A DNA stretch of 64,000 nt. Source: an uncultured Actinomycetes bacterium (GTDB taxonomy: Bacteria; Actinomycetota; UBA4738; HRBIN12). The translations under genes and the position numbers were made by a program. Below, piece after piece: positions 1 through 8,521 of this stretch (position 1 is the first letter of the stretch; every line of letters begins with the position of its first letter). Location of the stretch: the NCBI GenBank assembly GCA_964447335.1, contig CAYUSA010000003.1:14214-78213 (forward strand), written 5' to 3'. Under the pieces are notes generated by a model. The model was not told the origin of the DNA, did no database searches, and was given only the letters and a program-made list of their open reading frames with translations.

Positions 1-1324
1 TGGCCGCGGGAGGCAGTCCGGGAAGCCCGGTGACGGTGTCGGCGAACGTGCTGCTCATCAGCGAGCCGAGGACGGCGATCCCGAGCGCCGCGCCGAGCTG
101 ACGGCCCAGGTCGTTCACCGCCGAGCCGATCCCCGCCTGCTCATCGGGCATCTCGGTCATGACGAGGTCCGTCGAGGGGATCAGCACCACCGCGAGGGCG
201 GCGCCGGCCAGGGCGAGGGCGACGCCGATCATCCAGTACGCCGTCGCGACCCCCACCGTCGAGAACCACGTCAGCACCCCGCTCACCGCGACCAGCCCGG
301 CGACGATCGTCGGACGAGCGCCGAACCGAGCCCGAGCTCGCTGGGCGAGCTGACCCCCCATCCCGAAGCCGAGCGCGAGGGCGATCGTGCGCAGCCCGGC
401 CTGGAACGGGCTGTACCCGCGGACGAGCTGGAGGTACTGCGTCAGGTTGAACACCAGCCCTGCGAGCGCCAGCATGCCGAGTGCGATCGCCCCGGTCGCC
501 GCCGCGAACGACGGCCGGCGGAACAGCCGGACGTCGAGCATCGGGTGGTCGCTCCGGAGCTCGTACCCCACGAACACGGTGAGGAGCAGCGCGGCCACCC
601 CGAAGTAGACGAGCACCATCGGGTCCGTCCATCCCCGGTCCGGCCCCTCGATGATGCCGGCGAGCAGCGCGCCGAGGCCCGCCGTCGAGAGCGCCGCCCC
701 GACCCAGTCGGTCCTCGGGGGCGCCGGGTCCCGGCTCTCGGGGACCAGGAACCACCCGAGCGCGAGCACCAGGACGACGATCGGCAGGTTCACCAGGAAC
801 GCCGAGCCCCACCAGAACCGCTCGAGCAGCCACCCGCCGACGAGCGGCCCGAGCGGGATGCCCAGGCTCGCGACCCCGGTCCAGATCGCGATGGCTCGCA
901 CGCGCTCCTGCTTCGGGAACACGTCCACGAGCACCGCGAGCGTCGACGGCATGATCAGCGCCCCACCGACCCCCATGAAGGCTCGCGCGACGATCAGCTC
1001 GGTCGTCGAGCCGGCGGTCGCCGCCCACACGCTCGCCGCCGCGAACGCGAGCAGGCCGACCTGCAGCGCGCGCTTGCGCCCGAACCGATCCCCGAGCGTC
1101 CCCATCGTGAGCAGCAACCCGGCGAACACGAGGATGTACGCATCGACGATCCACTGGAGAGCGGACGTCGACGCGCCGAGCTCCCGCTGGAGCGACGGCA
1201 TCGCGACGTTGATGATCGTGTCGTCGATGATCACGACGAGCAGCGACAGCGACAGCGTGACGAGCGTCCACCACCGCAGCCGACGCTTCCGCTCCCCGGT
1301 CCACCCCTTCCCCTGCACGTTCAT
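1..1324 (-). CDS. MFS drug efflux transporter, EmrB/QacA (14-TMS) type. The start (atgaacgtg...) is at 1324; the gene runs off the window at position 1, so the C-terminus is missing.
   Basis: Reverse-complement translation from 1324 gives MNVQGKGWTGERKRRLRWWTLVTLSLSLLVVIIDDTIINVAMPSLQRELGAS..., which is the canonical D-x-TIVNVALP motif-A region of EmrB/QacA transporters. Hydrophobic TM periodicity continues to the window edge. The ORF track misses it because the ORF has no stop within the window. Confidence 0.8.
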   Translation of the reverse strand, partial: MNVQGKGWTGERKRRLRWWTLVTLSLSLLVVIIDDTIINVAMPSLQRELGASTSALQWIVDAYILVFAGLLLTMGTLGDRFGRKRALQVGLLAFAAASVWAATAGSTTELIVARAFMGVGGALIMPSTLAVLVDVFPKQERVRAIAIWTGVASLGIPLGPLVGGWLLERFWWGSAFLVNLPIVVLVLALGWFLVPESRDPAPPRTDWVGAALSTAGLGALLAGIIEGPDRGWTDPMVLVYFGVAALLLTVFVGYELRSDHPMLDVRLFRRPSFAAATGAIALGMLALAGLVFNLTQYLQLVRGYSPFQAGLRTIALALGFGMGGQLAQRARARFGARPTIVAGLVAVSGVLTWFSTVGVATAYWMIGVALALAGAALAVVLIPSTDLVMTEMPDEQAGIGSAVNDLGRQLGAALGIAVLGSLMSSTFADTVTGLPGLPPAA

Positions 1325-1368
1325 CGCGTCCTCCCTTCCCGCACGCTCTGTGCGATATCCAACGATAT

Positions 1369-2034
1369 GTGCCATACTGGCCGCAGAGTACGGAAGCGTC
1401 AACGGTCGGTTCGGCCGGAACGTCCGGTACCGAACATCCGGGCGAGATCGGCCGGGAACGGGGGGCGGCGACGGAGCACCCGACGGAGGATCGGCGGGTC
1501 CGCAGGACCCGTCAGCTGCTGTTCGAGGCCCTGATCGAGCTGATCTTGGAGAAGGGCTACGACAAGACCACGATCCAGGACATCATCGACCGGGCCGACG
1601 TCGGCAGGTCGACCTTCTACGCGCACTACCGCGACAAGGACGACCTGTTGCTCGCCCGGATGGAGGAGATCCGCCCGGCCTTCGAAGCCGCGGACGAGGG
1701 TGGCGATCCGAGCGAGGCGATCTTCCGCCACGTCGGCGAGTGGACGCACGTGTACCGGGCGATCGCCGGTCGGCGCGGCGGGCAGGTCATCCTGGGCCAG
1801 TTCCGTCGCGTGCTCACCGAGCAGTACACGGCGAGACTCCGTGCGCGCGTCGATCCGTCACGGCAGCCGGCCGTGCCCCTCGATGCGGTGGTCGAGTTCC
1901 TCGTGAGCGCCGTGATCGCTCTCGTGCAGTGGGGCGTCGACCGCGACGACCCCGTCGCGCCGGAGCGGCTCCACGCGTGCTTCCAGACGCTCGTGGTCCC
2001 CGGTGTGCGGAAGGCCCTCGGCGTGACGCCGTGA
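1369..2034 (+). CDS. TetR-family transcriptional regulator, divergent from the MFS pump
   Basis: HTH region RRTRQLLFEALIELILEKGYDKTTIQDIIDRADVGRSTFYAHYRDKDDLL is a typical TetR N-terminal domain. The only in-frame start is the ATG at 1369, which gives an unusual extension of about 45 aa before the HTH. It is divergent from the efflux pump across a 44 bp gap. Confidence 0.85.
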   Translation: MPYWPQSTEASTVGSAGTSGTEHPGEIGRERGAATEHPTEDRRVRRTRQLLFEALIELILEKGYDKTTIQDIIDRADVGRSTFYAHYRDKDDLLLARMEEIRPAFEAADEGGDPSEAIFRHVGEWTHVYRAIAGRRGGQVILGQFRRVLTEQYTARLRARVDPSRQPAVPLDAVVEFLVSAVIALVQWGVDRDDPVAPERLHACFQTLVVPGVRKALGVTP

Positions 2035-2037
2035 GGG

Positions 2038-2760
2038 TCATCTGACGGCGCGAGGACCCCAGGTCCTCGCTCTCAGTCGCCCTCCTCGGCGTCGGACCGT
2101 CGCGGCCGCGAGCCGCTCGACGCGCTCGATCTCCTGGGAGAGGGCGGCCTTCGGGACCCGCTGCCACAGGTCCGTGCGGACCTCGCCCTTCTCGAGCGAC
2201 CACGCGCCGACCACGCGGCTGTCGAGCACGACCGTCGCGGCGATCCAGCCGTTGATCGTGCGGAAGACGCCCTTGCGGTGCGCGGCCGGGACCAGGTGCT
2301 CGATGTCGCGCGCGGCCGCGAGCACGTACTGGTCGAAAGCTGGGAGCAGGCGCACCTCGGCGCTCGGGCGCTGACGACGGAGCAAGGGGCGTCCTCCGTG
2401 AGCAGCAGGTGCGGGCGGCCCTCGACGTCGACCTCGGCGAGCTCGCCCTGCAGGCGCTCGAACCACGGGCGAACCTTGCCGACAGGCTGGCGCCAGGTTC
2501 GACAAGCCCCGCGCCATCACCGGGTCCGCGGTGAAGGGCATCGCGAAACGCCTCGAGCGCCACGGCCACCGCCTGGTCGCGGAGCCGGAGAGCTTCTTCG
2601 TGACGGGAGACCACCGCCTGCAGACTGGCAGACCGACCACGCCACGGGAGTGGGGTGCCGCGCTCGCCGAACACGCGAGCACGGGCGCCGCCCATCGAGG
2701 AGCGTGAGACATCGACCTCCGGGCGGGCGCCGGCTTGCGCCCGAGGATCAGATCCTTAGC
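2038..2760 (-). pseudogene. Decayed YcaQ/AlkZ-like (DUF1006) winged-helix DNA glycosylase. Only the C-terminal two-thirds survives, split across three reading frames.
   Basis: Frame A (2038-2400) reads ...RLLPAFDQYVLAAARDIEHLVPAAHRKGVFRTINGWIAATVVLDSRVVGAWSLEKGEVRTDLW..., the DUF1006 C-terminal signature. A second frame just upstream reads VGKVRPWFERLQGELAEVDVEGRPHLLLTEDAP. The switch between them is a 1-nt indel inside a C-run (gacgcccct). Further upstream a third frame is needed, and no N-terminal domain is present. Confidence 0.45.
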
Positions 2761-2858
2761 CTGCCCTTAACCCGCCGTTGGCGATGCACTTGCCCCGGTC
2801 GCGGTACAAGAGGAGGCAGGACCGGCGGCGAAGAGCCGCCGAGAAGGAAGGGGTGACC

Positions 2859-3362
2859 ATGGAGCGACGCAACGAGGCCTCCCGCCCCGGGGTCAGGGTC
2901 GCGCGTGCCCTCGCGCTCGACGAGAACCGGTCCCGCGGCCGTTCGTCGTGGCTGATCCTGGCGTTGGCGGTGCTCTCGATCCTCACCATCGGGCTCCTGC
3001 GCCTCGCCCCGGCCTGGGCGGCCGTGGACGACGGTGCTGGGAGATCCGACGACCAGGCGGTGACGCGCTACGACGCCGAGGACGAGGACGACGACGGCGA
3101 CGACGGCGATCACCAGGGTGACGACGGCACGACCGGCGACGCGACCGGCGCGACCGGCACCACGGGTGTGAGCGACCCCGGCTCGCTGACCGACGGGACC
3201 GGCCACACCGGCCCCACCGGCAACACCGGGACCTACACCGACGGGAACGGCGACACCGGTCGAACCGGCAACACGGGACCCGACGACGGGACCCTGACCG
3301 ACGGGAACGACCACACCGGCCCCACCGGCAACACGAACACCGCGACCGACGGTCGAGGCTGA
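2859..3362 (+). CDS. Membrane-anchored Gly/Thr/Asp-rich tandem-repeat protein (collagen-like T-G-x-T-G repeats), hypothetical
   Basis: The ATG at 2859 follows an RBS (gaaggaagggg). A basic stretch and then a TM helix (WLILALAVLSILTIGLLRLAPAWA) precede an acidic linker (EDEDDDGDDGDHQGDDG). Next come repeats such as TGDATGATGTTG and TDGTGHTGPTGNTGTYTDGNGDTGRTGNTG. There are two near-identical 44-nt DNA repeats at about 3186 and 3294. Confidence 0.55.
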   Translation: MERRNEASRPGVRVARALALDENRSRGRSSWLILALAVLSILTIGLLRLAPAWAAVDDGAGRSDDQAVTRYDAEDEDDDGDDGDHQGDDGTTGDATGATGTTGVSDPGSLTDGTGHTGPTGNTGTYTDGNGDTGRTGNTGPDDGTLTDGNDHTGPTGNTNTATDGRG

Positions 3363-3418
3363 CCCCCCGATCCCCCACGGCCACGAAGGGCGGCCCCCGA
3401 CGGGGGCCGCCCTTCCGT

Positions 3419-4336
3419 TCATCGCAACTTCGGGCGCGAGCGTCCGAGGATCCGGCGGGGGCGGATGGCCTCGATGAGCGGCTCGAGCAGGTCGCCGACC
3501 TCGCCGGCGGTCGGTCGCTCCGCGGGCTCGAACGACAGGCACGCGGACACGATCTCGGCCAGAGCGGCGGGGTGATCCGAGAGCGGCGCGGGGACGTCGC
3601 CCGCGAGCTGCGGGAAGCGCTGGAGCGGGTCCTCCCGGTCGAAGCCCTTGGGGCGCGGGAACGGCACGCCGCCGGACACGGCCTCGTACAGCGTCGCCCC
3701 GAGCCCCCACACGTCCGCGGCCGGACCGATCTCGGCGAGCGTCGGGTCGCACTGCTCCGGAGCCATGTAGGGATCCGTCCCGATGGGCGCCTGCACGCGT
3801 GAGGCGGCCTCGACGGATCGAGCCACGCTCAGGTCGACGAGACGTGGCGGCGCGCCGAGGATCACGTTGCCCGGCTTCACGTCGAGGTGCACGACCCGCT
3901 CGTTCGCGAGGTACTGCAGGGCGCTGGCGAGCTGGAAGGCCAGGGGGACGAGCTGCTCGAGCGCGAGCGAGCCCGTCCGCCGGATGGTCCGCGCGAGCGT
4001 CGGTCCCTCCAGGTGCTCGAGCAGCAGGTGGGGGCGATCCCCCTCGAGCACCGAGCCGAACCCGCGAACGATGACCGGATGCGCGAGCCGCTCCACGAGC
4101 TCCGCCTCGCGCGCCAGGGATCGGAGCGTGTGCTCGTCGCGCACGAGGTGCGGACGGACGAGCTTCGCGACGACGAGCGAGTGGAGGTGCTCGTCCCACG
4201 CGAGGAAGACCTCGTAGTCCCATCCGCCGCCGATCGCACTCAGCGCGAACCGCCCGGGGACGATCTGGTCGCCCTCGGCGAGCCCCCAGCTCTCACGCCC
4301 CGCGCGCTTCGGCTCATCCGCCCTGTCGTGCGGCAC
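3419..4336 (-). CDS. Hanks-type Ser/Thr protein kinase, kinase domain only, with no sensor or transmembrane domain
   Basis: Gly-rich loop IGGGWDYEV, VAK lysine, catalytic loop HLDVKPGNVIL and the activation-segment motif DPYMAPEQ. DFG is replaced by DLS. Confidence 0.85.
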   Translation of the reverse strand: MPHDRADEPKRAGRESWGLAEGDQIVPGRFALSAIGGGWDYEVFLAWDEHLHSLVVAKLVRPHLVRDEHTLRSLAREAELVERLAHPVIVRGFGSVLEGDRPHLLLEHLEGPTLARTIRRTGSLALEQLVPLAFQLASALQYLANERVVHLDVKPGNVILGAPPRLVDLSVARSVEAASRVQAPIGTDPYMAPEQCDPTLAEIGPAADVWGLGATLYEAVSGGVPFPRPKGFDREDPLQRFPQLAGDVPAPLSDHPAALAEIVSACLSFEPAERPTAGEVGDLLEPLIEAIRPRRILGRSRPKLR

Positions 4337-4506
4337 AGCCGCAACTTACCCTCGGCCTCGGGGGACGTCGATCCGGACGTAGCGGACGCCGTGCTGGTTC
4401 ACGACGGCCAGGTTCCGCTCCGGGCTAGCTCGGGCTCAGCCACGGCGCTCCATCCTCGCCTCCCCGCGTGAGCATCCGGGCCCGCACATCGCGAACCCAG
4501 GGCCTG

Positions 4507-4761
4507 ATGCCCCGGCGCGCTCGGGAAGCTCAGCCCACGCGCCGAGCCCGGCTGAGCGTCCAACGGCGGCCCGGCCCGCGCCGGGACCAGGTGCTGGAGC
4601 GGATGGCGCTCGAGCAGCACACGTCGAAGGCCGCGCTCATCCGCCGCTTCGTGCGCGAGCGCGTGCAACCCCTGCCACCCATCGAGCACGACCCTATCTT
4701 CTCGATGCTCGGCGTCGACGATTTCGAACCCGAGACCGTGGACGACGTGGTCTATCGGTGA
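4507..4761 (+). CDS. vapB: VapB-type ribbon-helix-helix antitoxin
   Basis: Beta-strand ARLSVQ followed by helices VLERMALEQHTSKAALIRRFVRE is the CopG/RHH pattern. The stop TGA overlaps the GTG of the downstream PIN gene by 4 nt. The start could instead be the ATG at 4468 or the GTG at 4591. Confidence 0.65.
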   Translation: MPRRAREAQPTRRARLSVQRRPGPRRDQVLERMALEQHTSKAALIRRFVRERVQPLPPIEHDPIFSMLGVDDFEPETVDDVVYR

Positions 4762-5156
4762 TCTTCGTCGACACGTCGTTCTGGGTCGCCCTGCGGAACC
4801 GGCGCGACGCCCATCACGCGGAGGCGGGCAGGATCCTCTCCGGCCTCGGCGGCGAGACGTTCGTTACGTCGAACCACGTCTGTGGGGAGACGTGGACGTA
4901 CCTGCGCCGGAAGGCCGGACACCGATCCACGGTCGGGTTCCTGGACGACCTCCGCCGCTCCCGTCGCGCCGAGGTCGTGCACGTCGACACCGAGCTCGAG
5001 AAACGGGCCGTGGCATGGCTGAGGACCCACGACGAACGGCAGTACTCGTTCGTCGACGCGACCAGCTTCAGCCTCATGCGCGCGATGAAGATCCGAGAGG
5101 CGCTCACCTTCGATGGCGACTTCACGGCCGCAGGCTTCCGCCAGCGGAGAGCGTGA
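4758..5156 (+). CDS. vapC: VapC PIN-domain toxin
   Basis: N-terminus MIFVDTSFWVAL (first acidic residue of the PIN domain), then ...FVDATSF... and a C-terminal FDGDF motif. It overlaps the antitoxin by GTGA. Confidence 0.85.
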   Translation: MIFVDTSFWVALRNRRDAHHAEAGRILSGLGGETFVTSNHVCGETWTYLRRKAGHRSTVGFLDDLRRSRRAEVVHVDTELEKRAVAWLRTHDERQYSFVDATSFSLMRAMKIREALTFDGDFTAAGFRQRRA

Positions 5157-5159
5157 CCC

Positions 5160-6209
5160 TCAGGTCACTGCGGCCGCTCGGCGGGCGACCTCCTGGCGAA
5201 CGACCGGCGCGACCTCGGTCCCGAACAGCTCGATGGACCGCATGATCTTGTCGTGGGGCATCGGGCCGACGCTGAACTGCACGAGGAACCGGTCGTGGTG
5301 GAAGATCTCGTGCTGGAACAGGATCTTCTCGATCACCTGCTGCGGGCTCCCGACGAAGTTCGCACCGCGCAGCGTGGCCGCGTCGTCGTGGTCGGCGCGG
5401 CTCATCGGGCTCCATCCACGCTCGCGCCCGATCCGGTTCATCACCTCGGACACAGCCGGGAACGACTCGTCGAGCGCCTCCTGCGGCGGCGGGGCGCTGG
5501 GGCCGGGTGAGTGGATCCGGGGCGGCGGCGGTGGGTCGGACCCGGGGCGCGGCGCCGCCTCTCGGGGGAGCTCCGCGAACGCCGCGAAGTGCTCGGGCAT
5601 GCCGCCGATGCTCGCGATCGCCACCGGCAGGCCGAGCGTGCCCGCGCGGATCGCGGACTCGGGGTTGCCGCCGACGGCGATCCAGATGGGGATCCGGCGC
5701 TGCAGCGGCCGCGGGTAGACGCCGAGGTCCTCGATCGGCGCCCGGTGCTTGCCCGACCAGGTGACGCGCTCGTGCTCGCGGACCTTGAGCAGGAGCAGCA
5801 GCTTCTCGGCGAACAGCTCGTCGTAGTGCTCGAGGTCGTAGCCGAACAGCGGGAACGACTCCACGAACGAGCCTCGGCCGGCCATGATCTCGGCGCGCCC
5901 GCCCGAGAGCAGGTCGAGCGTCGCGAAGTCCTGGAACACCCGGACCGGGTCGTCGGAGCTGATGACCGAGACGGCGCTCGTCAGCCGGATCGTCGAGGTG
6001 CGCTCAGCAGCGGCGGCGAGCACGACGGCAGGTGCCGACACGGCGAAGTCGGGGCGGTGGTGCTCGCCGACCCCGAACACGTCGAGGCCGACCTGGTCCG
6101 CGAGCTCGATCTCCTCGATCAGATCGCGGAGACGTTGCGCCGGACCCTCGGGCTCGTCGGCGCCCCGACCGGGGGTGACCTCCGCGAACGTGTAGATGCC
6201 GAACTCCAT
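5160..6209 (-). CDS. LLM-class flavin-dependent oxidoreductase (luciferase-like monooxygenase)
   Basis: [10 protein letters not shown]... TIM-barrel LLM N-terminus, with motifs FGVGEHH and [14 protein letters not shown]. It contains a Pro-rich low-complexity insertion ([28 protein letters not shown]). Confidence 0.8.
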   Translation of the reverse strand: MEFGIYTFAEVTPGRGADEPEGPAQRLRDLIEEIELADQVGLDVFGVGEHHRPDFAVSAPAVVLAAAAERTSTIRLTSAVSVISSDDPVRVFQDFATLDLLSGGRAEIMAGRGSFVESFPLFGYDLEHYDELFAEKLLLLLKVREHERVTWSGKHRAPIEDLGVYPRPLQRRIPIWIAVGGNPESAIRAGTLGLPVAIASIGGMPEHFAAFAELPREAAPRPGSDPPPPPRIHSPGPSAPPPQEALDESFPAVSEVMNRIGRERGWSPMSRADHDDAATLRGANFVGSPQQVIEKILFQHEIFHHDRFLVQFSVGPMPHDKIMRSIELFGTEVAPVVRQEVARRAAAVT

Positions 6210-6374
6210 GGTCCACCGATGGTCTCACGCGGTTCCGCGAGTGATCGACCGGCCCCGCTCGTCCTCACGCGCCGAGCAGCACATCGTCGAGGAACGAGAT
6301 CACGCGCCGCTCGTACTCGGCCGGTTCCCTCGGACACGACGGCGGCGATGCGCTCGTCGCGCAGCGCTGAGCGC

Positions 6375-7616
6375 TCAGCCCTTCGCGACCAGTCGGTACA
6401 CCGCCCCCGAGAGCGAGAGCGCGTACAGCTCCCCGTCGGCATCTTCGCCGAAGGACGCGAGGCTCTCGACGACGGGGCCGAGCTCGCGGTGCTGCCCCGC
6501 GACGCCGTCGTGCAGGACGAACCCCTCGAGCCGCCCGCTGCAGAAGTCGGCGAACACGTAGGCGCCGGCGAGGTCGGGGATGGCCTCGCCTCGGTACACG
6601 TACCCACCCGTCACGGCGCACACGCTGCCGTCGTGCGGGTACTCGAACACCGGGACCACCATCGCAGGGTCGGTGGACCCGCTCTCGAACGGGTGCGTCC
6701 CCTCGCGGGCGTCCCAGCCGAAGTTGAGCCCGCCCGCCGAGCCCGCCTGTTCGACGTCGATCTCCTCCCACGAGTCCTGACCGACGTCGCCGATCCACAG
6801 GTCGCCGGTGCCGCGATCGAACGAGAAGCGCCACGGGTTGCGCAGGCCGTACGCCCAGATCTCGGGGCGCACCTCGTCCCGGCCGACGAACGGGTTGTCG
6901 GGCGGGATGGCGTACGGCTCGCCGTCCGATGGACGAGGCGAGATCCGCAGCAGTTTGCCGAGCAGCGTCGAGAGCGACTGCGCGCGCCCTTCCGGATCGC
7001 CAGCGCTCCCGCCGTCGCCGAGTGCGACGTACAGGTAGCCGTCGGGGCCGAACGCGAGGTTCCCGCCATTGTGGTTCGAGTACGGCTGCTCCACGCGCAG
7101 GACCTCGCGCTCGCTCGCCGGGTCGATGCCGCCGTCGCCGGCGCGGAACTCGAGGAGGCGCGTGTCGCCGTTCACGTCGGTGAGGTCCACGTACAGGAAC
7201 CCGCCGTCCGGTGAGAACGCCAGGCCAAGCAACCCCTGCTCGGAGCCGAGCGACACCCGGTCCGAGATGTCCAGGACGACCTCCGGCTCCCGGCCGTCAA
7301 CGAGCGCCACGACGCGCCCAACCTTCTCCGCGACGTAGAGCGCCGGGTCGTCCGCTCGCACCGCGAGCGCGATCGGCTGGTCGAGCACCGCCACCTGCTC
7401 CAGCCCGACGTTCGCGTCGCCGAGCGATGCGTTCTCGGTCGGACTCGGCTCGGGCGTGGTCGACGTCGCACCGGCGCTCGGCTCCGTCGGCGTCGGCCGG
7501 TCGGCGCCGTCGCCGGACGTGCACGCTCCGACGAGCAGGCCGATCGAAAGGAGGGACGCCGTGAGCCGCCACCCGCTGGGACGGTGTGACGGCTCACGAC
7601 TCGTGCGACGCTTCAC
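6375..7616 (-). CDS. PQQ-dependent soluble sugar (glucose/sorbosone) dehydrogenase, beta-propeller family, lipoprotein
   Basis: Lipobox LLVGAC, and motifs GLLGLAFSPDGGFLYV, NHNGGNLAFGPDGYLYVALGDGG and YGLRNPWRFSFD, typical of the YliI/Asd/SGDH family. Confidence 0.8.
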   Translation of the reverse strand: MKRRTSREPSHRPSGWRLTASLLSIGLLVGACTSGDGADRPTPTEPSAGATSTTPEPSPTENASLGDANVGLEQVAVLDQPIALAVRADDPALYVAEKVGRVVALVDGREPEVVLDISDRVSLGSEQGLLGLAFSPDGGFLYVDLTDVNGDTRLLEFRAGDGGIDPASEREVLRVEQPYSNHNGGNLAFGPDGYLYVALGDGGSAGDPEGRAQSLSTLLGKLLRISPRPSDGEPYAIPPDNPFVGRDEVRPEIWAYGLRNPWRFSFDRGTGDLWIGDVGQDSWEEIDVEQAGSAGGLNFGWDAREGTHPFESGSTDPAMVVPVFEYPHDGSVCAVTGGYVYRGEAIPDLAGAYVFADFCSGRLEGFVLHDGVAGQHRELGPVVESLASFGEDADGELYALSLSGAVYRLVAKG

Positions 7617-7620
7617 GCGT

Positions 7621-8217
7621 TCAGGCTACCGGCCTCCGCCGGCGACGCTCGAGGACGAGCGCACCCGAGACCAGGAGCAGCAGCCCGAACGTCGCGAGGG
7701 CGATGAACGGCCACGCGCCCGCGTTGATCTGGACACGGGTCGAGCTCGCGACCGGCGCGGCCTGCAGCGCCGACGCGGTTCCCGGCGTGACCGGTCCGGC
7801 GGCGGTCGTCGTGCTGATCGCGCCGCCCGCGCCGTCGCCGACGACGACCGTGCCGACCATCCCCACGTGGTAGGTGCACACGTACGGGTACACGCCGGCC
7901 TTCGCGAACGCGTACGTCGCCTCGCGCCCGCTCTTCAGCACGTCGTAGCTTCCCCACGCGCCGTTCGCGCCGAGGACCGTGTGCGGCACGGGATCCGTGT
8001 TCGCGAACGTCACCTCGTCGCCCGGCTCGACCCGCAGGATCGTCGGCGTGAAGCAGTACGAAGCGATGTCGACCCGCGTGCCGGCCTCGTCGGTGACCGG
8101 TCCGCCGCACCCGCCGCCGCCGCTCGCCGAGGCGACGCCGGGCACGAACGAGAACGCCGCGACCATCACGAGCGTCGCGGCGAGGAACGCACCTCGATGC
8201 ATGCTCCTGCCTGCCAT
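7621..8217 (-). CDS. Cupredoxin (plastocyanin/azurin-like type-1 blue copper protein) with signal peptide and C-terminal membrane anchor
   Basis: Type-1 Cu ligand spacing (H...C-x2-H-x2-M): TFANTDPVPHTV ... YPYVCTYHVGMVGTVVV. Signal peptide MAGRSMHRGAFLAATLVMVAAFSFVPGVASA. C-terminal hydrophobic anchor plus RRRRR. It ends 4 nt before the PQQ dehydrogenase start. The start could instead be 8202. Confidence 0.7.
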   Translation of the reverse strand: MAGRSMHRGAFLAATLVMVAAFSFVPGVASASGGGGCGGPVTDEAGTRVDIASYCFTPTILRVEPGDEVTFANTDPVPHTVLGANGAWGSYDVLKSGREATYAFAKAGVYPYVCTYHVGMVGTVVVGDGAGGAISTTTAAGPVTPGTASALQAAPVASSTRVQINAGAWPFIALATFGLLLLVSGALVLERRRRRPVA

Positions 8218-8521
8218 GGGGTGTCGAGGAGCCCGACGAGGTCCTCCGAGGCCTCCACACGTACCTCCGGCGGTTCCCGGCAGCCGCGCGGGCGGTGGGC
8301 GTGAAACCCGATGCCAACGAGGACACGCTCCGCGCGGCGGCAGAGCGCTGCGTCCTCGTGCGGATCCAGACCGAACGAGGGGAGGCGCCACCACCGATGT
8401 GACGGCGTCGGTTCCGGCGCTGGCGGGGCCCTCGGACGGCTACGGTGGGACCCGACACGACCGGGAGCTGCGGACCCCGTTGCCTCCTGGATGACCGCAC
8501 CCCGCCGATCCGGGAGGGACC

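Noticed and set aside
141-1304. 387-aa minus ORF and 329-, 464-aa plus ORFs at the window start
   Set aside because: All are off-frame relative to the true MFS transporter gene. That gene has no stop inside the window, so it is absent from the ORF track.
3186-3337. Possible CRISPR or mobile repeat (near-identical 44-nt direct repeats)
   Set aside because: The repeats are in-frame coding repeats of the Thr/Gly-rich protein. There are only two copies, no spacers of uniform length, and no cas genes.
2748-4223. 491-aa ORF on the minus strand
   Set aside because: It overlaps the Ser/Thr kinase in another frame and is Arg/Ala/Gly-rich junk. The kinase frame has the real motifs.
5511-7214. 567-aa + strand ORF
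   Set aside because: Antisense to the LLM and PQQ-dehydrogenase genes, with acidic and Arg-rich low-complexity content.
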